Below are positions 41,978-56,500 of a DNA stretch of 64,000 nt, piece after piece; position 1 is the stretch's first letter, and every line of letters begins with the position of its first letter. Where the stretch lies: positions 12,400,001-12,464,000 of the forward strand of contig CM022669.1 of the NCBI GenBank assembly GCA_012295275.1. The letters are read 5' to 3'. A program made the position numbers and the translations under genes. The notes under the pieces were generated by a model, which was not told where the DNA came from, searched no databases, and saw nothing but the letters and a program-made list of their open reading frames with translations. This DNA comes from Chrysomallon squamiferum. Lineage: Eukaryota > Animalia > Mollusca.

Positions 41978-44029
41978 CAAGATAAACAAAAATATTCAAC
42001 AACTAAAAGCCCCATTAAGAACAAAAACAAACAAACCAACAAACAAAAAACCCATTAAATTTTATTTATTATTTTATAATTTAATTAGTAAAAGCTTCAG
42101 AGAGTAAAATATATATTTAAAAAGATGTGTTTAATCTTCTTCTTCTTCTTCTTCTTCCGCTAGCCTGTAATGTTATAGCTGATCACGGTTTAGACAATAC
42201 GCTTTTCTAAATTATTTCCTTAAATTCTTCATTGTTTGAAAATGCGTGTATTGAAAATACCGGATCGGATTACATGATTTATTTTCCTTTTTTTTTTTGA
42301 AATAATAATTAATGCGTAGCCTGCGTGTATACGATTAATCGTGAAAAAAGATCATTATCTATCACAAAGAGATAATCCAGATTATTCCATTCACTCTTTG
42401 TAAATATTATTTTTCTTGTTTGCGTGATATAAAAATGCTAATTTGCGAATATGATAATAACCTTTAATTAGTGCTTTTGTATTTTTTCTTTCTAGTTGTT
42501 TTGGTGCGTTTTAAAATATCATAAAAAGTTAATTATTTATTATAAGATCGATTATAACTGAAAAATTATGCAATTTATAAATATTTAATGTGGAGATTAT
42601 AGATTAATAGTAATAGTAATAATGGTATTGTTGATGATGATGATGACGATGATAATAATAGTAATAATAATATTAACAATAATAACTGTAACAGCAACAA
42701 TAATATATCAATAATGAGAATAATAGTTATTGTTTTGTTCTTGTTGTAGTTGTAATAAGAAACAAAAACTTTAAAATGGAGAGAACAAATCAAAACTAAA
42801 GATTAAAAAAGTGTACATATTCAAACAAAACATGTTTCCGTGTATTTTATTTTTCCATTACAAACTTCTTTAAAACTGTTCAGTTTATTTTATTTAAATA
42901 AACTGTTGACAGTGGATCCAATTTACACAAATGTTGGTGTATTTTCAAAAGCAATTCGATACAACAGAATTAATCCTTCAGACTGATGAAAAAAAAAAAA
43001 AAAAAAAAAAAAAAAAGGACAACAACATTTTATTCCAAAATAGTGTAATTCACTTGAAATTGTCACTCCTTGATCAGTCCAATCACAAAACGGAATGATG
43101 TTTCTTCTAGACAAATTGCTCTGACAAAAATCTTCTCTCTGTCGGCGAATGACGAACGCGATAATGGTTAAAACATTACCCCTCCCCTGATCCATGGGAT
43201 CCGCGTAATTGAGTCATTCCGCTGATAGGTGGCGTCCGTGAAATAGAGTTAAGTCCCCTTCTGGCGCAAACTGCTTCTTCGCAAGGCAGCCGGTAAGACG
43301 AGCATGTCTTGGAGATGTCATCAACTAATTCTACAAATCCTGGCAAGTCCTGAATGATAGCGGCAAGTAGATTGGAACCGAGTCTTCGCATTAGAAACAG
43401 GGCTGCGAAAACGGCAGCCTAATCTAGCGGCGAGTCGTTTGGCTTGGCATTAAAAAGAAATATTTGACGACATTTTTTTTTTTTTTCTGTTTTTTTTTTG
43501 TTGTTTTTTTCTTTTTCGTTTGATGCTTCATCTCTTCTGACAGGTTTTGTTGTTTCTTGTTACGAAGAATCATGGTAAATTGAATTGCTGTCGTGACAAT
43601 AAAAGAAAAATACCTGAATTAAATGGTTACGCTGTCGGAATAAAACGACGTAATTAATAAGGTGTTTTGACAGCTATTGTCTGTATAAAAAACAGAAAAA
43701 AAAAAAAAAAAAGTCCTAAAAAGGAAATCGACTTCCTTTAGCTTTCGCATTTCAGACTTGCTTGGATTCTGTGAGATTTCGGACAGGAGTTTTGTTGTAA
43801 AGAGAATACTCGGGAGTCAAGATATAAACGATGGAAAACCAGACAAAATTAATTCTTAAACTTCATAACTGCTTATTTGTGTTTACGCTCATCTTGTCGC
43901 AAGATTTTCTTCATTTTTGAATATTATAATTAATTCGTCTGGATGATGATGATGATGATGATGATAACATTATTATTATTATTATTTTAACACTAATACT
44001 TTTTTAAACATCTAAAAGTTATATTATAA

Positions 44030-44066
<37 letters not shown>

Positions 44067-45220
44067 TTTTACTTTTAACTTAGTTTAGTTTTCACATCTA
44101 TTATTGCTACTCCTCCCAGCAGTTTGTAAAATTAATTTCGCGCACTGCTACATGAACCCCACTCCATAAAAAAAAACCCCAAACAACCAGGACCCAACAC
44201 TGCTACAAGCAATCTCACTCACTACTAACAACACGTTCCAACCACTGCTTTAAGCTTCTTGCCCAAGAGACTGAAACCAGGTTCCACCCATTTCTGTAGT
44301 CAACCCGCACTAGCTTCCATCATCCACTGATGTACAAGCATCCTCACTCGCTACTAAAAAAAAAAAAAAACCCAGTCTCCACCCTCCCCTCTCCCGAGAT
44401 CGACCCCACCCCTCACAACAACAACAACAACCACCAGTTCCCACCCTTCCCGTACGTCCGGCATCCATTTGATCAGTTCTGAACGAGAGCCAAAGATGCG
44501 GGTTATGTTCACAATAATTATTTTAATGAATTTTATCTTGAGCAGCTCCTTGCGCCACTTCCCTTGACGGTAATTATTATTTTCTGCCTGAAACAACCTG
44601 CTTCGCTTCCACCATTCGTCATTGCCATCTTGGGACTTATAATATTCATTATAGTAATGAAGCGACGGACAAAGCCAGAATTTACGTAAACAGAACGCAG
44701 TGTGCTTTCCTAGTCGCTTTTTATTTTATTAAGAAAGAAAGAAGGTAAAAAAAAAAAAAAAAATTAAAAAAAAAATTTGTAATAACAAATATTTTTATTT
44801 TATGTCGACGGAATTAAGAAGTGTCAAGAAATAATTCTTCCGAAGACAAGCGATGATTTATAAGTCGCAGTAGCACACAGGACTATCGGTTTGCATAGCT
44901 AAAGTTTAATTCAGCTTGTTTTTTAACCCAGTAATTCGAAGCGGAGCGCAACAAAGCAGTTTTTAAGAGCCGTTGGAGTATCACTGTCAGAGGCCAGAGG
45001 TATCATGTTTGTGTGTATGAAAGACACCTCAGCAATTTGTCAGATATGTCACTCGATGTAAAATAATCTCGTATTTAACACCCACGATAACGATTTTTCT
45101 TCCGTACGCCCAGTTCTCCGTTGGAGATACTTAACACCCCAAAAAAGAGCCGTGTCTTCAGTGAATAATTCATAAATATTAAAATGTTAATAAGAGACTC
45201 GTTGAATTTTATTATCGTAT

Positions 45221-45275
<55 letters not shown>

Positions 45276-45740
45276 TTCCACAGTTTACTGGGAGGATTTA
45301 ATTTTCATTATTTTTGAAGTCCCTCAAGTCAGCTAACTTGTTGAGTTTCTTTTTAATTTTTAATTTTTTTTTCAATTAAAAAAAAAGAAAAGAAAAGAAA
45401 AGAAGAAGAAAAAAGAAAGATAATTGTTTGACTTAATACGTGAAAATAATCACTATGGAAATATTTTAATATTTAAATTTTTGTCATTACTGAATACATT
45501 AAATTTTTAAATCTTAATTTAGTTTGTTTTCAATGAATTTTAGGTCTTGTTCCAGTGTTGAAAAGACTATACAAATCTGGATATTTTATGTCAAAAGTTG
45601 CTCTGAAATATCGAGATCAGGAAATTTATATTATTAAATTTATTTCGGAACTATTAAATTTTCATTCATATATAATTATATAAATATATCCGTAAGAATG
45701 AAATTTCATTTGTTTGTTTATGTTTCAAACTATTTTTAAA

Positions 45741-45846
45741 ATAATGAATAATGCTAAAATACGCTGTTGTTGATAGAGGAGATAGTGAGAAAAAAGAAAA
45801 AGAAAAAGAAGAATAATTAATTAATTTATTAATTGTTATTGCAATT

Positions 45847-45888
<42 letters not shown>
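45741..45888 (+). repeat. Dispersed direct repeat, copy 1 (pair with 47291-47550)
   Basis: AATAATG.TA.AATAC.CTG.TGTTGA.AGAGGAGATAG, a purine tract, GAATAATTAATTAATT..TTTATTAATTGTTATTGC.ATTTAT and (AAT)n occur in both copies. Confidence 0.8.
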
Positions 45889-45891
<3 letters not shown>

Positions 45892-47290
45892 GAATCATGT
45901 TTCATTTGTTTGTTTATTTTTCAAACTGATCTTTTAGATACAATTTTTGGAAGAAAAAAAAGAAGAATTATACTGTAATTTCATATATGCATATTTTAAA
46001 ACTATTTTCAGCGATCAATATTATAAATATCACATCATTAATTTAAAAAATTGTTTACATAATTTTCATTATCCTTAATTTACAATTTCAAAAGAAGTTT
46101 CTGAAATTATATATATATATATTTTAAAAAAAATATTTAAGAGTTATCAGTTGCCTCGGACGGGAATTTCAGATAACTAAATCTTCTATTTATAATACTG
46201 TTTTAAAGAAACGCAAGATTTCGTTCTTTAAGTGGATCCTAGAATGGGTTATCATTAATGAAGAGTTTATTCGAAGTCTTAGAACAATTTTTGAAATAAT
46301 AAGTCTAAAGAATTAAAAACAACAGCAGCAGGAACAACAACAACAAACAAAAAAAAAAAACTGAGAGGAGATGGCAGAATTATTTAAAAAAAAATATTCT
46401 AAGATCACGTCAAGGTTATTTTTAAGGAGATAAGCTATCCGAAACACCGAGCTAAACATTTTCAAAATAGATATCGAATTTATGAGAAGCGTTTCCCCGT
46501 CCTGTAATTCTCGGTTTAAATCTCGAAGAAACGCTGGATCGCTGGCACAATTGGTTCTGTAATCCCTAACAGCCAGCGATTGAGATTCCCTTCATCTGAC
46601 AGATGTCGAATTTGTCTTCTGTGCTCTCCGGCCATTCTCATGGAAATGAGGATCTCTCCGAATTGTGGAGGAAAATGACTGCCACTGACACGACGTCATT
46701 CATCACGTGCGTCGCGCGCAGTTCTCGCGCTCCGCTGAGCAGACGACAAACGAAGAGGGGGCTTGTGGATGAAACGAGCGGGTATAGCCGCCTGGCCCCC
46801 GGAGACGTCGTTTATGCGATGTTGAAGTCATCGGGGCAATAATAAGGCAGTCTGCCTCTGTGGATGATTTCTGGTAATTGATCCTTTATTAAATGTTCGG
46901 CAAACCAAACTTGGTCCAAAACAAATAAACTTGACTGCTGCTCCAAGACTTGTAGAAGAAGAAGAAGGGGGTATAAAAAAAAAAAAAAATTCTTAATAAT
47001 ATCATTTCATAACACATAACCCTTGTCTAGAAAACATGTTGTTGATATAATTAAAAGTTTTATAAAGTGCCAGACGCGAAAGGACTGACAGACAAAACAG
47101 ATCGAAACAAAAGCTATTTCAGACAGCAGAGTTTCATTTGAATACCGAGCATATTATTCGTGTAAGTGAAAGCCGCTAAGCAAACAGAAGTTTGAAACTT
47201 CTTTGTTGTTCTTCTTGTTCCTCAATAAAGACCAGATATAATGAGAGAGGTCAGTAAACATCAAAAATCCTATAATATCGTGTTTATACA

Positions 47291-47355
47291 ATAAATAATT
47301 AATAATGTTATAATACCCTGCTGTTGAAAGAGGAGATAGATAGATAGATAGATAG

Positions 47356-47425
<70 letters not shown>

Positions 47426-47472
47426 ATTAATTAATTAGTTAACTGACTAATTTATTAATTGTTATTGCTATT

Positions 47473-47544
<72 letters not shown>

Positions 47545-47550
47545 TAATAA
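47291..47550 (+). repeat. Dispersed direct repeat, copy 2, with expanded (GATA)n/(GA)n/(AAT)n
   Basis: Colinear with 45741-45888; the internal microsatellites are longer. Confidence 0.8.
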
Positions 47551-47739
47551 TAAAAATAAATACAAATCATCATCATTATATATTTATTTATTTTGAATAT
47601 TAAAGCATATTTAAATGTTTATTATATTATATAATATCTAGTATTATAAATTTTATTTTATTTCACTACTTGAGATAAATAAAAAAACTTCATTTCCATA
47701 ATTTATATAATACCTAATATTTAATAGTTATCTATTATT

Positions 47740-47834
<95 letters not shown>

Positions 47835-49102
47835 CAGCAATTTTCTGAATATTAGGAAAGAAAACGAACAAAATGTTGAAAAGGCGAAACAGAATAAGGA
47901 AAAACCAGAGACAACATTTTCCGAAAACTAATACCATTATTTCACTCTGTGTATCGACATTAAGCAAATATCTGTACTCATTTTTAACAGAAATATTATT
48001 TGTGCTGTCTTCTTTTTAAGTAGATAAATAGATAGCTAGATAGACAGACGGAAAGATAGAAAGACAGATTAAATTAAGAAATTACGAATAAATAAAGAAT
48101 TAAAATAATAAACGATGAATGGATGAATTGATAGGCGCAAGGATGGATGGATGAACAGATAAAGAGAGAGGGGGATAAACAAAGTAAAATAATATAAAAT
48201 AAAATGCGTTTCTCCTTAAATAATAAGGGATAAAAAATATATTCAGAATTGGATAAAACGTCTAGAATAAATAAATAAATAAATAATATTAAATTAAAAA
48301 CATTAATCATTAAAAATAAAAGTTGGTATCTGTGATTAATATGAATATGTATTACAAATAAAAATATTTTTGTATGTAATATAATTATATCACGCTAAGA
48401 TGACAAGGTACAAGTATTCTTATGAATAATTTGCTTAGAATTAACGCTGTGTTGGAGTAAAGTGTACAGTTAATCATATGCATAAAAATTACGTATTTTG
48501 TTAAACTTTATATTCTAACGTAGAAGAATAACGTTACATAATATATATTAATATTTAATTTTTAGTTACCGTATTCATTAAAAAAAATTAATTAAAAAGT
48601 AGAATAATGATAAGAAGAAGTAGAATAACAAAAACAAGAACAATAACAACGACAACAGAAATAGTAACAATCATGAAATAATGATGATAATCTTTGATCA
48701 GATATGCACATATAACGATCATTTACGTAAAATAAATATCTCGATATTCAGCTTGAACCACAGGGATATCTGCATATAATGTATAATGAACATTAAGTAA
48801 TAAAGATAAATGCATACATATTCATTTGAACCAAAGCTCGCATGACGCGCGCGTGTGAATATTCTGCACATGCACCGCACAGAAACAACATATGTTTCAA
48901 CGTTTAGAGAAATTAAATTATGCATTGAAAATGATTTATCTGCGATCGTAAATCGTGTTTGTTTTGTTTTACAAATAATAAAACCAGTGTGAACACAGTA
49001 CCATATGTGATTTCACTAAATAATTAACGATGTGAAGCAACAAATGGAGTTTTAATGTTTCACGGTTTGGAGAAGGGTGTCTGTGTATTTGTGTGTGTGT
49101 GT

Positions 49103-49144
<42 letters not shown>

Positions 49145-49354
49145 CGGATTAGCTTGATCTGATCCCAGTGGGGTGAGAATGAGGTGATCGAATTAGCAAA
49201 ATAAAACTTTAGTTTACGGCAATAGTTTTAGAAGATCGCAAAAAATCCATAATTCTAAATATATAAAATGCACACCCGCACCCACCCACATACACACAAC
49301 TAATTATAAATATAATATATAAAATGCACACAAGCACACATGCACACATACCTT

Positions 49355-49411
<57 letters not shown>

Positions 49412-49862
49412 ATGTATGTATGTACGTACGTACGTACATATGTATGTATGTATGTATATATGCATGTATGTAAGCGAATGTAAATACATTTCATAACAGT
49501 ACATACATGATAACGCATACTCACAATTAATATAATATCATATATAGTACTTATATGTATACGAACATACATTTACAAATATACTTTAATAAATTACTTT
49601 CACCCATCTACACTCACTTCTGTTTCTGTCACCCAGTGACTAACCTCTCTACTTATTTCATTAAATAAAATATTCAGTAATAATAAAAAATTCTTATTGT
49701 ATCTGCGTAACTAATTGTAACTAATTGTTCTTGAGTATTTTGATACATTCATTTCATTTATGAAGATAAAGGAAAAATTAACAGCCAAAGTATGAACAGA
49801 GAATAATAATAATAAAAAAAAATAATGATCATAATGAATATGATGATGATTTTAATAATTTT

Positions 49863-49881
49863 ATAATAATAATAATATGCA

Positions 49882-49927
<46 letters not shown>

Positions 49928-50038
49928 CAAATAATAATAATAATGCAAATAATAATAATGAAAATAATAATAAAGAAAATAATAATGATAATAATAATAA
50001 TAATCATAATCATAATAGTAATAGTAGTAGTAGTAGTA

Positions 50039-50102
<64 letters not shown>
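49863..50102. repeat. (AAT)n microsatellite field
   Basis: Directly visible. Confidence 0.95.
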
Positions 50103-50104
<2 letters not shown>

Positions 50105-51808
50105 GAGATGATCATGAGATAATGAATAAATAAATAATGATAAACATAAATAGTTACATATTTTCTTAAAGTTGGATATATATCGGCAATTTCGTAGAAA
50201 AATGTAAAATATTAATTATAAAACGTCAAGATTTGTAGATTAAAACCCAGCAAATATATATGTAAAAAAAATGGATCTTCTGATTTTTCTCGAACGTTTC
50301 AATAGCAATTTTGTTTTTAAAAAGTTATCAACTTCAGAATTTTATTGAATACATGTATTAATTTTAAATCTCATGTTGTCATTATTTTTATTGCTTCTGT
50401 AGCCTATTTTTGTTGCTATTCTTCTTCTTATTTTTATTTTTGTGTTGCTGTTGTTGTTATGTTGTTGTTGTTGCTGTTATTATTGTTGTTGTTGTTGTTG
50501 TTGTTGTTGCTGTTATTGTGCGTGTATGTGTGTTTGTTTGTCACACAAAAATAAACTGTTACTAAATTACATTACACTGAGATTTCAATATCGAGTAAAA
50601 ATCAAGCAATAACTACGAGACGATAATTGATTTAGCTGTAATGAAACCCGTCAAAGCAAGCCTTTTTTTCCCTTCTATTTATAATGAAACTCATTTAATA
50701 TCAGAGATAATGACAAAAATAAAAGCGCATCCGTCGTTTTTTTTCTTTTCTTCTGTTTTCCTTTCTTTCTTATTATTTTTAATAAATATATGTTGTTTTT
50801 GGTGTTGTTTTTGGGGGGTTTTTTTTGTGGGGGGGGGTTTGTTTAATTTTTTGTTGTTCTTTTTAAAGAAATATTTGATTTTTCCTTGTTCTTGGCCTTG
50901 TTATTACTTTTTTTCTTTTCATCAAATTATTTTTCTGTCACCTTGAAAATGTCCTCCAGCCCAGTACTGCATGATTTTCATGCACCGTAATGTGAAATGA
51001 AAGAGAAGATCGTAATAATCCTAAACGATCTTCTGGATGTTTTAACAGAATCGTTTTTCGCTAAAACATGGCCGCTGTCACGTGCATAATGAGTTGTTTT
51101 CAATTAAAACTCAAAGACAATTAACCATTGTGTTCGAAAGCTGTGAGATCTTAAGATATTTTTTTAATTCATTGAAGATGTAAAGCAGAGGATTACGAAC
51201 TGAATATAAAAGAGAGAAGCAGTGAGTTTGAATTAAAATTTTCATAATGAACATATTATTTTCATTTTAGCTTGTATAAGACGTTATCGGAGTTTATGAA
51301 AATGTCAGCTTGGATTATAAGCGAAAAACATGGTGGGCGCCTCTGTTTTTGACGATTTTCCAAACTGGGTCAAAAAAAGATTATTTTTATTATTATTATT
51401 ATTATAATTATTATTATTATTGTTGTTGTTGTTGTTGTTGTTGTTTTGTTGTTATTGTTATTGCTGCTGTTGTTGTTGTTCTTATTTTCTTATTTTTCTT
51501 CTTCTTCTTCTTATTATTTATCACCATTTTCATTATTGAATACAAAAAAAAAAAAAAAAAATAAGAGTTCTGTTTATTAAATTACTGCCTCAAACAAATC
51601 TCCAGTTTAACAGTAAATTCAGAAAAAGGAATATTTTTTTTTTCATTTATTATTAAATATTTATCAGTGACTATCACATTTCTTATTATTTTATAAGTAA
51701 TGAAATAACAACTAAGTAAATAAACATGAAAAACCATCAAAACAATTAACATCAGGTTGCATTAATCATTAACGCTATATTCATTTTTCATAAATAAATA
51801 AATCAATA

Positions 51809-51874
<66 letters not shown>

Positions 51875-52071
51875 GATTCTATTTTCTTTCAATTGGTATC
51901 CTCTCTCCAAAATAATAATATTTATTTGTAAGTATATGAAAATATAAAGATAAAAATATACCAAAGAGACTGAGGATAAAATAAAATGTGCATATGCATG
52001 TGTCTGTGCATGCGTGTGTGTCTATGTATATGTATATGTATGTGTATATGTATATGTGTGTGTGTGTATAC

Positions 52072-52169
<98 letters not shown>

Positions 52170-52219
52170 ATCTAAAATACGAGATCAGATCAAAACTAAA
52201 AAGTTTTGTTATGTTTTCT

Positions 52220-53520
52220 AAGTACGAATCAGTCATGGCCAATTTGCTAGCAATGACAATAATCTTTAAAGGTTACATTTGGTGAAATCTCATTTATTTC
52301 GTCTAATTGCAGATGATTAAAAAACAAAAACATTTTTTTTTTTTTTTTCTTTTTTACCGGCATCATTATTGCAGTGTTTTTATTTACCGTAATGTCGAAC
52401 CACAAAACGCTCTGGATTTCCTTACATCAACAAACAGCCAAATGCAATTTCCACTCCAGCATCATTACACATTCATTTCGAGAAACAAACGACTAGGAAA
52501 AAATGTCTAAGGGGGTAATTTACATTTCAATGAACTACCGGTACAAGGCCCAATGTCAATTTTCAAAATTCTGTGATAAATTTGTATAAACGGCGCTGTG
52601 TTTGTGTTTCTGCCTGCAAAAAAAAAGACACACGACGAAATCTATTACTGACAGACCCTTTATCTGAATTCAGTGGTGCTTGGTTGGTGGTCATTAAAGT
52701 CTATTAGACTTCGCACCGCTAATGTGTCGTGCGATATTGGTTTGACTGAGAAGTCAAAAAGGTGATTCAAAAGGCAAATATTTGTATAATCCGCGATTTC
52801 TATGAAATCGATGACATTAACAGCGCGTCAGAAACAAAGTCTTCCTGTCTTCGGGTCGACAGAATAGAGCAGGAAAACTTAATATTGGCAACACAGGGGA
52901 TCGACATTTTAAATCGGGTTATCGGTCTTTGATCTGTGGCGCTTCTACCACGATTTGCATGGCGTTAATCGCGAGAATTTAAACAGCGAGATGGTTCGGG
53001 TTTTTAGCAAATTTCGAAATAGCGAATCTAAGCAAACCTTGCGATCCTTTTTTCCTTCGACGACCGGAGACTTGAGAATTAGTGCCTTCCAAAATAACAA
53101 ACAACGAATCAATGATTCCTTTCACCTATGGTGATTATAACTGTTAATATTCCTACTGCTGATGGATAGCACTAATGGAACTCTCTAGTATTTCCGCCAG
53201 CCAGCTTCCGGCTGTGGCCTTTCAGGCGCGAGTTCTCGCGTGACCCAGAATTCCGTTTGTCAATGGCGGCCAAATGCACAAAGAGTAACGATCGCGTGTC
53301 GATGTTGGTTTCTTCCTGTCTGCTAATATTTGCCTTGCATGACAGCAATAATATGTAATTGAGACCTCGAATGCTTCCCAAAGCGATTATGACTCTCGTT
53401 TTTTTTCTCTTAATCGCGTTTGTATGTTTCGATTTGCAAGTGAAATCGCCACCATCACGTATGGAGATGAAAATATCCGTATCAAAAGATTTCCAGTAAT
53501 TTATCAATATAGGATTCACG
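52220..53520. promoter_or_regulatory. Largest repeat-poor non-coding island, candidate enhancer cluster
   Basis: About 1.3 kb of complex CpG-rich sequence, with a TCF/LEF-type CTTTGAT (52927-52933), TCGCG cores and ATGGC cores. Its ORFs resemble no protein I recognise. Confidence 0.4.
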
Positions 53521-56500
53521 CATTTATGGATTGTTTTAATCTTTCAAGCTCATGGAACACTAGATAAATCCATATACACAAAGGTAATTGTGAAATAAGT
53601 CATTAAGCCATTGTCGAACATTGTATATTCGTCTATGGACATATTGTTTTTTTAAAGCAAATAATGCGAGTTAAGATATCGATAAATCGACAAAACAAAC
53701 AAAAGAAGGTTATAGTCCGCGGATTAGGATACCCAAATGTTATTCTATATTTAGTGTCCGAATTCATATTTACAATACAGTAAGCGGAAACATCAACAGT
53801 ATACTGTATTTGGGATCACGCGGCCGGTTAATGATGTTTGAATAAATAACACATCGGTCATCATGAAATCGTAATTATAAATAATCGTCAATACTGCTAA
53901 AATAGTTTTTATAGTTATTTGATAAATACAGTGAGAATAAATGGTTTAGCAATATGTTAATTTTGATCAATTCTTAAATAAATGATGAATTTGATTATTG
54001 AAATGCATATTAGTTATTTGTTAGTAAATTTATGTACATTTATTTTATTTTATTTTATTTCATTTATTTGCATATACAAACTGTTTGAAAAAAAACATAC
54101 ACGAATACCCAAAGATTTAAATATTTATCATTCCGATTTTTATTTTTATTCATTGTTATTATTATTAGTAGTAGTAGTAGTAATAGTAATTAATAGTAGT
54201 GGTAGTTGTAGTAGTAGTATCTAAAATAATAAACCTATTGTTCTCAATTTATAAATATTACGAATTCTCAATACGACATTTTATTTCTGAAATTAGACAC
54301 CAGCGCATCGTTTCGTACGCGTTTTAGATGAACCCGCATTGTGTTCGCGCCAGACAGGTCACGTGCTCAGCAGCGAGATTCCGGCCTGTGTTTAATTTAA
54401 ATTAAATTTTATGCTGTTTATTATCGCGAAACAAATAGTGGCCCATGTCGAAGAGTGATAGCATTAATTAGTGTTTCAACAATCGCTGTTGTTGGCGACA
54501 CTGTCGAGCTGACATTACACAGAACTCGCGTCTGGCAGTGGCGGAGACGACTCGACTCCGGACTGAAAACGCTGTAAATACTGGAAAAGAGCGGAGGTTT
54601 CAGACCGGTACGTGCAGCTTATCCCTAGGGTACGCGAGTAAAATACAGCAATGGCGGATGCAGAAAGTAAGAACAATATTTGTACAGAATGCCACTTAAA
54701 AAAATGATAATCATCCTGGTCAGACCCTCCAAAACGGCTTGAAACTATTTTTCTATTTGAATTTTTGTTATGTTTTATCCATTTAAAGCACGGTGCAATC
54801 TCCACCCCCTAATGTATTAACTGACCATTCAAAAGCTGCTCTGCCATACATTTTGGAAAGGGGTATAAATCAACTAAATATTTTCTGAAAGTTAAAACAA
54901 AAGTTTGAAAACCTCTGGAATAGAGGATAACAATGTTATCAGAAATGGTCTGTGGTGATGACTACAACAATGACATCACGAAACAATAACATCAACAACA
55001 CCAACAATAATAGTGATGCTGATGAATAGGAAGAAGAAGGAAAAGAAGAAGATAAAAATGAAGATTATGCTAATGAAGATAACAAGGGAAACAACAGTTA
55101 AACTAATAAATATCGAAATAGAGGAATTAAGGGGGATCATGGTTTATCATTATCAACGTACGTTTATCCTTACAGGTTAAATGCTTTTATATTTTACTGT
55201 TCAGCTGAAAAAAAAAAAAGAAGAAGTAATAAAAATTAAAAGACAATCACGGTTACTTGTTCAGTGATTTAATTTACTCTTGCTCGCTTATGTTCATTTA
55301 TGAGTGCCACGTAGGCAAAACGTATCTATCATTAATTTTTATTGTTGCTGTGGCGACTCGGTCGATCACAAAACAAATTTATGATTGTTTCTGTTGTTTT
55401 ATTTCGTTTTGTGTTGTATTTTCTTTTTTTTCTTTCTTTTTTTTTTATTCCTTTCTTTTTTTCTCTTCTTTTTTTTTTTAAAAAAAAATTCCTTTTTATT
55501 TCTTTTTAAAATTTAATTTTTTTATTTATTACATCTTTATTTTCAGATACTATTATTCTTAACATAATGTCAACAGGCTTATATTTATTTATCGTATGTT
55601 AACATATTTGGTAATAATAAACTCGCAATATGTTTCTGTTAGCAGTAATATAATTTGGCACGTTTCCACATGATACAGGTACAGGACATAGCCTATATGT
55701 TCCACTGGAACGAAAATATAATCATATTTGAGATTACCATATCATTTATTTATTCTAGTAAACAGACAATTCTTAAAATAAATAACATTAACAACAACAA
55801 CAAGAAAGATAAAAAAAAAATAAAAAGAACACTACAACGGTATCGATGGTTTTATAAATTTGTCAGTCAAGGGAAACAACTCTATAGGAATCGAAAGGAA
55901 CGTCGACGAAATTGTCTCCCAATATCTGAATGAAAAAGTTTATTTTATTTTTTGAATTATATTTTGTGACTGTGATGCAGCGTCCTAAAGAATTGCATAC
56001 GATAGTAGAATATAGAATGGTACTGAAATAAAAAATATTTCGTTTTTAATATTCACGATGTTATGAACACCAAAACCGCTATAAAAATATGGGTTGCTTT
56101 TTGAATTTGCATTATTCAAATAATTTAAGTTAGGTCTGTGTTATATTTGTTTTTAAATTCGAAGTCTTTATATTGCATATTTGTAGCTATCTTAGTCATC
56201 ATTAGCTGTGTTTGAAATATCGGGAAAAAACAGTATATATTTGTTATAGAATATATCCACTAACTTTCGCCTGTTTCGATAATTTTCTGTTACAATTCAT
56301 ATGTGTTTCTATAAAAAAAATAATAGCAAAGTGGTGATTATTGCCTAATTAATCATGTTAAATCTGAAAATCTAGCCCTTTAAATGGGCAGACAACTCTT
56401 CTTCGTCATCTCTAAAAGAAGACAACTCACTGCCTTCTCATCACGATCCCTCAAATGAAATAATATCAGAACAAATTGCTTTTATCACTGATATATTCAG

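Noticed and set aside
43176-43391. 71-aa minus-strand ORF in a GC-rich island; likewise ORFs 53172-53519, 54515-54805, 21269-21586 and 40278-40607
   Set aside because: Mostly non-ATG starts, no recognisable domain and no consistent exon chain; lengths are compatible with chance.
21316-53455. Identical 15-mer TGAAATCGCCACCAT at 21316-21330 and 53441-53455, and 13-mer TGTCGTCGTGAAA at 4174 and 30012
   Set aside because: Matches of this length can arise by chance in 64 kb, and the flanks do not align.
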